In this document: positions 1-11,487 of the stretch, piece after piece
Layout of the letters: each line of letters opens with the position of its first letter
Numbering within the stretch: the first letter of the stretch is position 1
NCBI GenBank assembly: GCA_035649435.1
Contig: DASRJO010000063.1
Coordinates: 1,309 to 65,308 of the forward strand
Direction: 5' to 3'
DNA length: 64,000 bases
DNA from: Candidatus Krumholzibacteriia bacterium
GTDB taxonomy: Bacteria > Krumholzibacteriota > Krumholzibacteriia > G020349025
Notes under the pieces: model-generated
Seen by the model: only the letters and a program-made list of their open reading frames with translations
The model's database searches: none
What the model was told of the DNA's origin: nothing
Translations under genes and position numbers: made by a program

Positions 1-1239
1 GATGTGCTGCAGGAATCGCTGAAGCTGCGGCGGCGGGACTTTCCCTACCGTCCCGGCATCGCCACGGCGCGCGTGCGCGGCCTTTACGAGGCCACGATCG
101 AGCTGCCGCCGGCGGTCGAGCGGCTGATCGTCGTCGACAAGGAGAACGGTGGCAAGGCCGACGCGCTCAACGCCGGCATCAACGCGTCGGCGTGCCCCTA
201 CGTCATTTCCATGGATGCGGATTCGCTGATCGACGACGTGGCGCTGCTGCAGATCTTCCGCGTCCTGCTCGAGCGGCGCGACGTGGCCGCCGTCGGCGGG
301 CAGGTGGCGGTGGCGAACGGCTGCAAGATCCAGCATGGCAAGATCCTGAAGGTGGGCTTGCCGAAGAGCAAGCTGGCACGCTTCCAGATCATCGAGTACG
401 TGAGAAGTTTCACCGCGGCGCGCACGGCGCTGTCGCGCATGAACGCGCTGCTCATCGTGAGCGGTGTGTTCTGCATCTTCGAGAAGGAGCTGTTGATCCG
501 CATCGGCGGCTACCTCACCGAGCACCTGAAGTCGCGCCTGGTGCACGAATACGCCGGGCGCGGCTCGAGCACCGTCTGCGAGGACATGGAGATCGTGGTG
601 CGGCTGCATCGCTACATCCAGGAGAAGGGGCTCGGCAAGGTGATCCTGTCGCTGCCGTATCCGATTTGCTGGACCGAGGTGCCCGAGAGCGCGAGCGATC
701 TGTCGAAGCAACGCGGGCGCTGGTTCCGCGGCTTCGTCGAGATCCTGGTCTACCATCGGCACATGCTGTTCAACCCGCGCTATGGCAAGGTGGGGCTCCT
801 CGGCTGGCCGTCGCTCGTGCTGTTCGATTTCCTCGGCCTCTTCATCGAGGCCTTCGGTTACTTGTCGTTGCCGGTGTTCGCGGCGCTCAAGATCCTGTCG
901 TACAAGTATCTATTGTTGTTCCTCGCCATCGCCTTCGGCTACGGCGCTCTGGTTTCGGTGATGGCGATTCTCCTCGCCTTCTGGTCGGAGCCGGCGGCAC
1001 CAGGCCAGATTCAGGGCAAGCCGTTGCTGGCGTCGCTCACGGGGCGCGAGCTCGCCACCTTGCTCGTCTACTGCCTGTTCGAGAACATCGGCTACCGGCA
1101 GATGACCATCCGCTGGCGCTTCAAGGGCCTGATCGATTACCTGCGCGGCAAGAAGAGCTGGGAGAAGTTCGATCGCATCGGATTCAGCGAGCAGCCGGCG
1201 ACTCCCGGGCCGGTCCCTGCCGCCCCGGCGACCTCATAG
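1..1239 (+). CDS. Family 2 glycosyltransferase, processive type (PgaC/NodC/cellulose-synthase-like). The 5' end is truncated by the window start.
   Basis: ORF 4..1239 carries a DxD motif (ISMDADS), a GGKADALNAG motif and a QxxRW motif (QRGRWFRG), followed by C-terminal transmembrane helices. The N-terminal GT-A half is missing, so the gene begins upstream of the window. Confidence 0.7.
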   Translation, partial: DVLQESLKLRRRDFPYRPGIATARVRGLYEATIELPPAVERLIVVDKENGGKADALNAGINASACPYVISMDADSLIDDVALLQIFRVLLERRDVAAVGGQVAVANGCKIQHGKILKVGLPKSKLARFQIIEYVRSFTAARTALSRMNALLIVSGVFCIFEKELLIRIGGYLTEHLKSRLVHEYAGRGSSTVCEDMEIVVRLHRYIQEKGLGKVILSLPYPICWTEVPESASDLSKQRGRWFRGFVEILVYHRHMLFNPRYGKVGLLGWPSLVLFDFLGLFIEAFGYLSLPVFAALKILSYKYLLLFLAIAFGYGALVSVMAILLAFWSEPAAPGQIQGKPLLASLTGRELATLLVYCLFENIGYRQMTIRWRFKGLIDYLRGKKSWEKFDRIGFSEQPATPGPVPAAPATS

Positions 1240-1582
1240 CCGCTCGGGTTCACGATCCACCCAATGTGTCATGCCCCGCGACGAGAAACGATCGTACGCG
1301 CGCGTCAATCGTGGTTCCGTTTCCTTCGATGTCCCTCGATGGCTCGGCGACCGAGGCCATGCATGCGGCGCACGCAGAATGCCCGTGCCAACTCGGCGCA
1401 CCATCCGACACCACCCGAGCGCTGCCGCAGCGAGACGGAATCGGGCGGTGCGGGAAATCGGCGTCGGGCCCGTGCGCCGAACCACCCAGTGGGTGGAATG
1501 GGTCGGGTCTTGCTTGGTCGGGCCCGGATACCGGTTCCGTGGGGGAGCTGGTGGATCGGCCTAAATCAGCGGAGGCGCGGCT

Positions 1583-2842
1583 ATGCGGCGGCGCACACCT
1601 TGGCTCTTGGTGTCGGCAATGCTCGCGGGTTGCGTTCAGAACGGGATGGCTCCTGGGCCCGACGATGTCGGCGAGAACCCTCCCGAGCTGCAACTGGATC
1701 GTCTGCAGGTCAATAACGATCCGGCGCAGCTGGACGCGCGCGTGCAGTATCGTTCGAAGCCGCTTTTCATCCGAATGAAGGAAACGCCGGGTCGTGGGGT
1801 CGCGCCTCCGTTCAAGTCCGAGGGCATGCGGTTGACCTTGGTGGCCGAAGTGTCGCCGCCCGAGGTCGAGGGCCACATCGTCCAAGCCAACGATGTCGAC
1901 ATCGACGGCAAGACCGCCATCGTCGGCTACAACTTCGCCGGCGAGATCTTCGCTGGCGCCGTGCAGGTGATCGACTTCACCCAGCCGGAGCGGCCGCGAT
2001 TGCTGTCGGAGGTGCTGTTCCGTGATGCAGACGTGACCGCGGTGCTCAAGCACGGGAACAACGTCTATGTCGGCATGGGCAGCCTCGACCCGGCGCTCGC
2101 GACGCCGGCGCTGCTGGAAGAATTCGCACTCCTGGACACCGGCCTCGAGCCCACCGAGCGCTGGCTCGATCTCCCGAGCTGGGTGGTCACCGACCTCGCC
2201 GTGCACGCCGACAACGTCATCGCCTCGGTCGGCGCTGCGCAGGGTGGCGTCGCCTACGTCGATCGCACCAGTGCACAACTCCGCATGAGCGCCTTCCGCG
2301 GCGAGGACGATGTGCGTGGCATTGTCGTGCCGAGCAACACCTCGATGGCGGCGGTGTGCGGCACGCGCCCGCGCATGGCGCTGCTCGGTGTTCCCGGTTT
2401 CGGCGTCCTCGGTGGCCAGGACGTGGACGGCTACAACTACCCGGACGCCAAGGGCACGATCGAAGTGCACGACAGCGTCTGCTATCTCGGTGCCGGCGAC
2501 GGCGGCTTCCAGGTGCGCCGGCCCGATGGCCTGTTGCTCGCTTCCCTGCGGCACGAGGCCTTCTCCGACGTGCGGCCCGAAGAGATGGTGACGAACGCGG
2601 TGTCGATGCACGGCAGTCTCGCCTTCGTCGCCGCCGGCGCGCTCGGCGTGCAGGTCGTCGACGTCGCCGGTGCGCGCAGCTGGGCCACAGGCGGCGGGCC
2701 CGACCCCGCTGGCCTCCAAGTCCTCGGCGAGCTCGATCTCGACGACGGCTTCTCGAGCAACATGGTCAAGGCCGAGAACAACGTCCTCGTGATCGCCGCC
2801 GGCCGCGGCGGCGTGGCGCTGGTCACGATGCAAGCGCGGTGA
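1583..2842 (+). CDS. Lipoprotein with LVIVD-like repeats (predicted beta-propeller surface protein).
   Basis: A GGAGG ribosome-binding site precedes the ATG. The N-terminus has a signal peptide and lipobox (LLVSAMLAGC). The sequence contains repeated hydrophobic blocks of the form V.V.D./LVIAAG..GV.LV. Confidence 0.5.
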   Translation: MRRRTPWLLVSAMLAGCVQNGMAPGPDDVGENPPELQLDRLQVNNDPAQLDARVQYRSKPLFIRMKETPGRGVAPPFKSEGMRLTLVAEVSPPEVEGHIVQANDVDIDGKTAIVGYNFAGEIFAGAVQVIDFTQPERPRLLSEVLFRDADVTAVLKHGNNVYVGMGSLDPALATPALLEEFALLDTGLEPTERWLDLPSWVVTDLAVHADNVIASVGAAQGGVAYVDRTSAQLRMSAFRGEDDVRGIVVPSNTSMAAVCGTRPRMALLGVPGFGVLGGQDVDGYNYPDAKGTIEVHDSVCYLGAGDGGFQVRRPDGLLLASLRHEAFSDVRPEEMVTNAVSMHGSLAFVAAGALGVQVVDVAGARSWATGGGPDPAGLQVLGELDLDDGFSSNMVKAENNVLVIAAGRGGVALVTMQAR

Positions 2843-2855
2843 GATTCAGCCGCGA

Positions 2856-3233
2856 TCACCGTCGCGCGAGAGCATCGGGCCAGCGTGGGGGGAATTCGGC
2901 ACCGCGAAGGGTCCAGCGCACGAAACGCGTCGGGCCCATTTTCCCTTGCAACGATCGCATGACGTCCTGGTGCGGCGGCGAAACGACGAAATCCTGGAGC
3001 GCGGTTTCCGTCTCCCAGACGGAAAGTGTCCAGAACCGCTTCTTGTGGATGTGTGCCAGCAGCGAGTAGCCGAGGACTCCCGGCGTCCGCTTCAACTGAC
3101 TTTGGATCCGCCCCGAATAGAGAACGAACGCACCGAGATCCCTGAAACGCAGCAGCGGCAGCTCGGACAGGAGCACCAGGTATTCGCGTGCGCGGTCCGG
3201 CTGCTGGAACGTCACCCAAGGGTTCGCCGGCAT
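2856..3233 (-). CDS. DUF3291-like small protein.
   Basis: Internal start MPANPW at 3233. The C-terminal region reads KKRFWTLSVWETETALQDFV, which resembles the DUF3291 signature. It lies directly downstream of the DUF3303 gene on the same strand. Confidence 0.45.
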   Translation of the reverse strand: MPANPWVTFQQPDRAREYLVLLSELPLLRFRDLGAFVLYSGRIQSQLKRTPGVLGYSLLAHIHKKRFWTLSVWETETALQDFVVSPPHQDVMRSLQGKMGPTRFVRWTLRGAEFPPRWPDALARR

Positions 3234-3250
3234 CGCAGCTCGCTTCGTGC

Positions 3251-3523
3251 TCAGAGCCGCGGCGCGAGGACAGCCGCCGCGTCCGCCGAGGTCACGACCG
3301 GAACGACTTCGAACTCGACCAGGTCTTCCCAGCGGGACATCCACTGTTCGAGCAGATGGCGGTCGTCGCATTCCATGATTTGAAAGCAACGGCGAGTGTC
3401 GGTGCTCACCCAGCTGGCCACATAGTGCAGGCCATCGGGTGCGAGCCGGCCTTCGTCGCGAAAACGACGGTAGACGGGCACGGCGTCGCCGTCACGAAAC
3501 GTTTCCACGACCATGTACAGCAT
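3251..3523 (-). CDS. DUF3303 family protein (about 90 aa).
   Basis: From the internal Met: MLYMVVETFRDGDAVPVYRRFRDEGRLAPDGLHYVASWV...CFQIMECDD...LVEFEVVPV, which follows the DUF3303 consensus. It starts 23 nt after the sucA stop. Confidence 0.55.
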   Translation of the reverse strand: MLYMVVETFRDGDAVPVYRRFRDEGRLAPDGLHYVASWVSTDTRRCFQIMECDDRHLLEQWMSRWEDLVEFEVVPVVTSADAAAVLAPRL

Positions 3524-3545
3524 TCCGTGCTCCACGAACGAAGGA

Positions 3546-6044
3546 TCACGCGTCCAAGGGTGCGAAGGCGAGCTCGAACAATGTGTTCTGCTCGAGTTCG
3601 TGGGCTTTCGACGAGCCGGTGGCCGGGCTGGCGCTGGCCGAGCGCTTGACGCTGCGGAAGCGGGCTGGCGCCGCCAGGCGCTCGAGAGCAGAGCGCACGA
3701 AGAAAAATGCACCCATGTTTGCCGGCTCCTCCTGGACCCACACCACCTCGCGGAGCAGCGTCACGCGTTGTAGTGCCGCACGCAGCTCGGTTTCGGGGAG
3801 TGGGTAGATCTGCTCCAGCGCCAAGATGGCGACGTCGTCGGCGCCGCGCTTGCGGCGCTCCGCGCGGAGCTCGTGCACGACCTTGCCGCTCGCCACCAGC
3901 ACGCGCGTGGCGGATTCGAGGCCGTCATCGCCGAGGACGGTTTCGAAGCGACCTTCGGCGAGCAGCGCGCGCGGCGAACAGGCCTGCGGCGCGCGCAGCA
4001 AGCTCTTCGGCGACAGGACGACGAGCGGCTTGCGCCAAGATCGCAGTGCTTGGCGGCGTAACATGTGGAAGTACTGCGCCGCGGTCGTCGGCTGACACAC
4101 TTGGATGTTGTCCTCGGCGGCGAGCTGCAAGTAGCGCTCGAGCCGGGCGCTCGAATGCTCGGGACCTTGGCCTTCGTAGCCGTGAGGCAGCAGGATGACG
4201 ATGCCCGACAAGAGATCCCACTTGTCTTCGGCGGCGCTCACGAATTGATCGAGGACGACCTGGGCGCCGTTGGCGAAGTCACCGAACTGGGCTTCCCAGC
4301 ACACGAGCGCGTCGGGATAGTCGCGGCTGAAGCCATACTGGAAGCCGAGCTCGGCGGCCTCGGAGAGCGACGAGTCGTAGATGTCGAACCGTCCTTGCTG
4401 CGGGTGCAGATAGCGCAGCGGCGTGTACTCGGCACCGGTTTCATGGTCGAAGAGCACCGCGTGTCTGTGATTGAAAGTGCCGCGGCGGCTGTCCTGCCCG
4501 GTGTGCCGCACCAGCATGCCGTCCCAGAGCAAGCTGCCCCAGGCGAGCGCCTCGGCCGCGCCCCAGTCCACCGGACGCTCGCCGCGCATCATCTCGGCGC
4601 GCTGCTGCACCAGCTGCTTCACCTTCGGGTGCAAGGTGAAGTCGGGGGGCACGAGGCTCGCCGCGGCGGCGATTTCGTCCATTCTGGAAGCTGCGACCGC
4701 GGTCGGCACTTCGAAGCTCGGGTCGTAGCGCCCGCCGTGGTACGCGTCCCAGTAACGCGGCAGCTGGCGCAACACGGGCTTCTTCTGCAGCGCGCGCGCC
4801 TTCTCTTGTTCGGCCTCCAGCTCGGAGACGATGTCGTGGCGCAGGGCGTCGAGCTCGGCCGCAGGTTTGCCAACCTGCGTGGCGTACGCTTCCCAGGCGC
4901 GCGGTCGCTCGGCGATACGCCGGTAGAGCAGCGGCTGTGTCACGGTGGGATCGTCGACCTCGCTGTGGCCGTAACGGCGATAGCCGATCATGTCGAGGAC
5001 GACATCGCTGTAGAACCGCACACGATATTCGAGCGCGATGCGCGCTGCGCGCACGACAGCCTCCGGGTCCTCCCCGTTCACGTGCAGGATGGGAATGTCG
5101 AGGCGCTTGGCGACGTCGCTCGAGTAGCGCGTCGAGTGCAACGCCCCCGGCTCGGTGGTGAAGCCGATGAGGTTGTTGACGATGACGTGCACCGTGCCGC
5201 CGACCCAGGTGCTGCACAATCCCGAAAGGTTGAGGGTCTCGGCGGCGATGCCCTGACCGGCGAAGGCGGCGTCGCCGTGCACGGTGATGCACAGCACGCG
5301 CCGGTGACCTGTCGCCCCCAGGCGTTCCTGGCGCGCGCGCACTCTGCCCATGACCACGGGGTCGACGGCCTCGAGATGGCTCGGGTTCGACACCAAGTGC
5401 ACGTGCATGGTGCGATCGTCCGAGCTCTGGTAGGTGCCGGTGGCTCCCAAGTGATACTTGACGTCACCGCCGCCGAGAACGCTGCGCGGGTCCACGTCCT
5501 GGAAGCCACCGAAGAGCGAAGCCGCCGGCACTCCCACGGTTTGATACATGAGCGTGAGCCGGCCGCGATGCGCCATGCCGATGAGCGCCACCTCGAAGCC
5601 GCGGAGCGCGGCGCGATCGAGCACGGCGTCGAGCAGCGGCATGAGCGCGGCGGCGCCTTCGAGCGAATAGCGTTTGGTGCCGACGTAGCGCCGATGCAGG
5701 AAGCCTTCGAACAGCTCCGCCGTGGCCAGCAGACGCAGGATGCGCTCGCGATCCACCTTCGGTGCGGGTTCCTCCATGCGCGATGCGATCCACTGCCGCC
5801 GTTCGGGTTGCAGCAGATGCATGAACTCGACCCCGATCGAACCGCAGTAGCTGCGGCGCCAGGGCGCGGCCTCGGCCGCGGGCACTGCATCGAGCTCGTC
5901 CACGGGGAGCGGCCGCAGGCGGTCGAGCCCATCGAGCTGTGCTTGCAAGTGGCCGTAGCGACGAAAGAGATCGCCGACGAGATCGGGGCGCGGCGCGCGG
6001 TCGAGCGCCGAAGGTGCCATGCGTTCGCTTTCGCTCGCTGTCAT
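3546..6044 (-). CDS. sucA: 2-oxoglutarate dehydrogenase E1 component (short form lacking the N-terminal extension).
   Basis: Motifs RYVGTKRYSLEGAAALMP, GMAHRGRLTLM and HGDAAFAGQGI are present, together with the thiamine-diphosphate binding fold of E1o. Length is 832 aa. Confidence 0.85.
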   Translation of the reverse strand: MTASESERMAPSALDRAPRPDLVGDLFRRYGHLQAQLDGLDRLRPLPVDELDAVPAAEAAPWRRSYCGSIGVEFMHLLQPERRQWIASRMEEPAPKVDRERILRLLATAELFEGFLHRRYVGTKRYSLEGAAALMPLLDAVLDRAALRGFEVALIGMAHRGRLTLMYQTVGVPAASLFGGFQDVDPRSVLGGGDVKYHLGATGTYQSSDDRTMHVHLVSNPSHLEAVDPVVMGRVRARQERLGATGHRRVLCITVHGDAAFAGQGIAAETLNLSGLCSTWVGGTVHVIVNNLIGFTTEPGALHSTRYSSDVAKRLDIPILHVNGEDPEAVVRAARIALEYRVRFYSDVVLDMIGYRRYGHSEVDDPTVTQPLLYRRIAERPRAWEAYATQVGKPAAELDALRHDIVSELEAEQEKARALQKKPVLRQLPRYWDAYHGGRYDPSFEVPTAVAASRMDEIAAAASLVPPDFTLHPKVKQLVQQRAEMMRGERPVDWGAAEALAWGSLLWDGMLVRHTGQDSRRGTFNHRHAVLFDHETGAEYTPLRYLHPQQGRFDIYDSSLSEAAELGFQYGFSRDYPDALVCWEAQFGDFANGAQVVLDQFVSAAEDKWDLLSGIVILLPHGYEGQGPEHSSARLERYLQLAAEDNIQVCQPTTAAQYFHMLRRQALRSWRKPLVVLSPKSLLRAPQACSPRALLAEGRFETVLGDDGLESATRVLVASGKVVHELRAERRKRGADDVAILALEQIYPLPETELRAALQRVTLLREVVWVQEEPANMGAFFFVRSALERLAAPARFRSVKRSASASPATGSSKAHELEQNTLFELAFAPLDA

Positions 6045-6102
6045 GCGCCCTCTGCTGTCGTTTCCAAGTTCAGTGTGTCGACGGGGACGCGAATGAGCGG
6101 CA

Positions 6103-6654
6103 TCAATTCACCCGTGGGTCGAGCGGCATCGTGGTCAGGTGCGCATAGCGCGGACCCAGCTCGATCAAGGATTCCGACCACACGGACTCCGGGTCGACGT
6201 CGAAGACGAGGCGCGCCGTGCCGGGTCGGACGATCCAGCTGTGCTCTTCCATCTCCGCCTCCAGCTGTCCGGAGCCCCACCCCGCGTAGCCGGAGAAGAC
6301 GCGCACCTGCGACGAGGCATTCGGTGCCGATTCCAGGATCTGCATCAAGACGTCGCTGTCGCTCCCGAGTGCCATGCCGTCGGCGATCTCCTCGCCATCG
6401 GGGGCGTCGAAGCGGTGGCGATGCAGCACCAGGACGACGTGCTGCTGCACCGGTCCGCCCCAGAAGAGCGGTTGCGTCGCGCTCTCGGGCACGCCGGAGA
6501 TGGCGTCGGACACGCTGTGCTCCGTCGGGCGATTGACCACCAGGCCGAGCGAGCCGTGCTCCCCGTGCTCGCACAGGAGAACGACGGTGCGGGCGAAATT
6601 GGGGTCGCGCAAGGTCGGGCTCGCGATCAAGAAGCACCCTCCGCGGAGACGCAT
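6103..6654 (-). CDS. YqgE/AlgH family protein (UPF0301).
   Basis: CFLIASPTLRDPNFARTVVLLCEHGEHGSLGLVVNRP matches the AlgH signature. The start is taken at the internal MRLRGG. Confidence 0.7.
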   Translation of the reverse strand: MRLRGGCFLIASPTLRDPNFARTVVLLCEHGEHGSLGLVVNRPTEHSVSDAISGVPESATQPLFWGGPVQQHVVLVLHRHRFDAPDGEEIADGMALGSDSDVLMQILESAPNASSQVRVFSGYAGWGSGQLEAEMEEHSWIVRPGTARLVFDVDPESVWSESLIELGPRYAHLTTMPLDPRVN

Positions 6655-6786
6655 TCCCCCTCCAAACCGGCGCGCGGCGTTCCACTGCTGGATCATGCCG
6701 GAACCCAGGCGGATTGGGAAGAGCCGGCGAGCGCAAGTCGCACGCGGCGATTCCCGCGCGAGGCGAGCGGACGAAATCGAGGGTGC

Positions 6787-9090
<2,304 letters not shown>

Positions 9091-9162
9091 CGCTGCGATC
9101 AGCCCCCCTGCTGCACAGCTGTGGCGAGCGTTGCGTCGCTCGTTCGACTTGTACGGCCGCGA

Positions 9163-9522
9163 TTACGGTGCGATGACGAAGAGCCGTCGCAACATCTCGA
9201 GGCCTCTGACGAAGAGTCTCCGCACTGTACTGGCGTTCGAGGCGCGGACTGCCGTGGCAGATCCAGACGTCTGCATGTCCGGCTCGCTGACCTGGACGGT
9301 CGTCCGGCGTGTGGGTGGCGGTGCGATCGTAGGCTGATCGTCGTCACCCTGTCGCGGAACCCCGACCTCGCCGCTCCCGTAACCCGGGATTTCGACGAAC
9401 TGGTCGCGGATCGCGTGTGCCACGCGTGGAGTCGTGCATGTTGCGATGACGATGGTGAACAGGACCGTGAGCATGGATACGGATTTGAACGACAAACCGC
9501 GGAAACGCATCATTTGAATCAT
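9163..9522 (-). CDS. Small Pro-rich secreted hypothetical protein (about 119 aa).
   Basis: On the minus strand a GAGGGAA ribosome-binding site precedes ATG (MIQMMRFRGLSFKSVSMLTVLFTIVIATCTTPRVAHA, which looks like a signal peptide). The local GC content is lower than the surroundings. No recognisable family. Confidence 0.3.
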   Translation of the reverse strand: MIQMMRFRGLSFKSVSMLTVLFTIVIATCTTPRVAHAIRDQFVEIPGYGSGEVGVPRQGDDDQPTIAPPPTRRTTVQVSEPDMQTSGSATAVRASNASTVRRLFVRGLEMLRRLFVIAP

Positions 9523-10459
9523 CGATTCCCTCGGTCTGGTTGGACTCGGGGATGTCGTGTCGAAAACTCTCGTCGCCACGGGTCTCGAACCCTGGATCAT
9601 CAGAGAACGTGCGAGTGAAAGAATAGACCTCGTGCGACGGAATCGTCAAGCCCGGGCCCGACTCAACCCCATGGCAACCCGCTTCCGCCTCGGAGTGAAT
9701 CGAATTGAAACGCCGACAAGAGGGTGTGTCGATTCCGTTGACACTTTCGCGACTGACGTTCCCTTGCAGCAGAAACGCACTTTCGCCGGAGAGTGCGGAG
9801 CGTTCTTGCACGGGCGCGCCGTGGGGGGCGGCGCCAGCAACCATGGCGGATCCGGGAGCCTGGGTGCCGTGGAGGCCACGTTTTTCGACTCGGGTTCATG
9901 GGGCGGCACCGGAGCGTTCTTGCTCCTCCTGGCCGGTCCATCCGAGGAGCAGAAATCGCGCAGGCTCAAATCGATCAACGTGTTGTGCCGTTTGAACCGA
10001 ATCCGGTATGCCGCCTGCATTGAATTTGGATCGTGGATGCGACGACAGACGTTCGCGATCGGCCCGAGCTCGACCCCCCTTGAGCACGGACCGGACGTGA
10101 AAGCGATCGTCGATCCAGGAGCGCCGGGGCGCAGATGGACTTCCCGCGATCAGTCAACGACCCCGACGCTCCCTTTCGTCTTGCGACATCGCGTCGACAG
10201 GGTGCGCGCCCCGCAGGAACGCACCCTTTGGCTCCGCCGTTGGGTTTAGGGTCGTCGTGCCGCCGACGGGGTGAAAACCCTAGGATCGAGGGGGCTGGCG
10301 GAAGATGGCCATGTTTCGAGGCCGCACCCTTCGACGCGATAATGCCTCTGGATCGTTTCTCCCTTTCCATGACGCCTGAGGTGGTTCCTTGCGGAACCAC
10401 CTCCTGCGACTGTGGCGCCCGCGTGTTCGCCGACCTTGGTCTCGATGCGCCACCCAACC

Positions 10460-11233
10460 TCAGAAGCCTTTGATCTTGGGAGCATGTCGCAGCAGCATCG
10501 ACGTGACCCACCAACCGAGCAGGACTGCGGCGAGCAAAACCATCCAGGCATAATCTCCCGTGCTCGCCCACGTCGTGTGTCCATTCACCATCGTCCACAC
10601 CAGCGGCACGGACATGTAGGTGTTCTGGCGCGACCTCGAGCCGGCGAGTGCCACCCATGCAGGGTCGGGTGCCTGGCCGTCCTTGATGGCGCGGATGATC
10701 TTGCGCTGCGAAGGCCAGATACGGAACCAAACGTTGTAGGCCATCGTCGAACCGAACATCGTGCCGGTGTGAATCACCATGCCGCGGTAGCCGAAGCCCG
10801 CCCAATGATCGAACAGATAGACGATGAGAGCCAGGAGCAAGAAACAGGCGGCGTAGGCAGCCTTCAAATTCGACTTGCCGAGCGATCGCATCACACGGTC
10901 GTAGATGAGTGGGCCGAGAAACGTGAGTGCCACCATGGCGAATGCACCGGGGCCCCATTTCACCGTCGGGTCTTCCCACACCACACCGGAATGGTAGAAC
11001 ACCAGTGCCAGCAACAAGACGCCGGTGGCCCACGTCCACACCGCGCCATGCCGGAACCAGTACAGCGCGCGCGGCATCAGCTCGGGCACGACCTTCTTCT
11101 TGGCGTCCGCATCCAAGGTGGCGGCGAAACCAGCGTTGACGAAGTTGAAGAAGTAGAGCAAGCCGATCCAGAGGATGCCCGCGACAACGTGCATCCAGCG
11201 GAAGAGCGATTCCAGAACCGGCAGGACTTGCAT
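10460..11233 (-). CDS. Polytopic membrane protein of the PuuD/CopD-like type (N-terminal W.H..AGI.WIG motif).
   Basis: The sequence GAGAAGGAGAAACGTG ATG provides a ribosome-binding site. It has multiple transmembrane helices and begins MQVLPVLESLFRWMHVVAGILWIGLLYFFNFV. The overlapping 471-aa ORF in the other frame is rejected. Confidence 0.5.
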   Translation of the reverse strand: MQVLPVLESLFRWMHVVAGILWIGLLYFFNFVNAGFAATLDADAKKKVVPELMPRALYWFRHGAVWTWATGVLLLALVFYHSGVVWEDPTVKWGPGAFAMVALTFLGPLIYDRVMRSLGKSNLKAAYAACFLLLALIVYLFDHWAGFGYRGMVIHTGTMFGSTMAYNVWFRIWPSQRKIIRAIKDGQAPDPAWVALAGSRSRQNTYMSVPLVWTMVNGHTTWASTGDYAWMVLLAAVLLGWWVTSMLLRHAPKIKGF

Positions 11234-11487
11234 CACGTTTCTCCTTCTCGGCAGTGGGGCGCGGCAGCGCGCACAGCGGGGCCCCGGTTTCGCGCGCTCG
11301 ACGTCGAGGTGAGAGGCAACGTTGGGTCGGGCAGCGGCTGCGGCGGCCACCGCAGCCGTTTACCTTCGTCGTCCGCAGTCCGAGTGTCAACCCCGAGGCC
11401 GGGAGCGTCTGGATCGGCGAGTCGTGCGGCAGCCTGTGCTATGGTGAACGCGGCGGCCGCCTCACGCGATACAGGAATCCAACTCTC

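Noticed and set aside
9672-9686. Sigma-54-like -24/-12 element TGGCAA-N5-TTCC.
   Set aside because: The critical GC of the -12 element is missing. Its orientation points into a region with no plus-strand gene for about 1.8 kb.
9557-10249. 230-aa plus-strand ORF in the non-coding gap.
   Set aside because: It has no ribosome-binding site and no family resemblance, it is Gly/Arg-rich, and it overlaps equally implausible ORFs on the other strand.
9975-11390. 471-aa minus-strand ORF overlapping the PuuD-like membrane gene.
   Set aside because: It is in a different frame and low in complexity. The 10460..11233 frame encodes clear transmembrane helices and has a strong ribosome-binding site.
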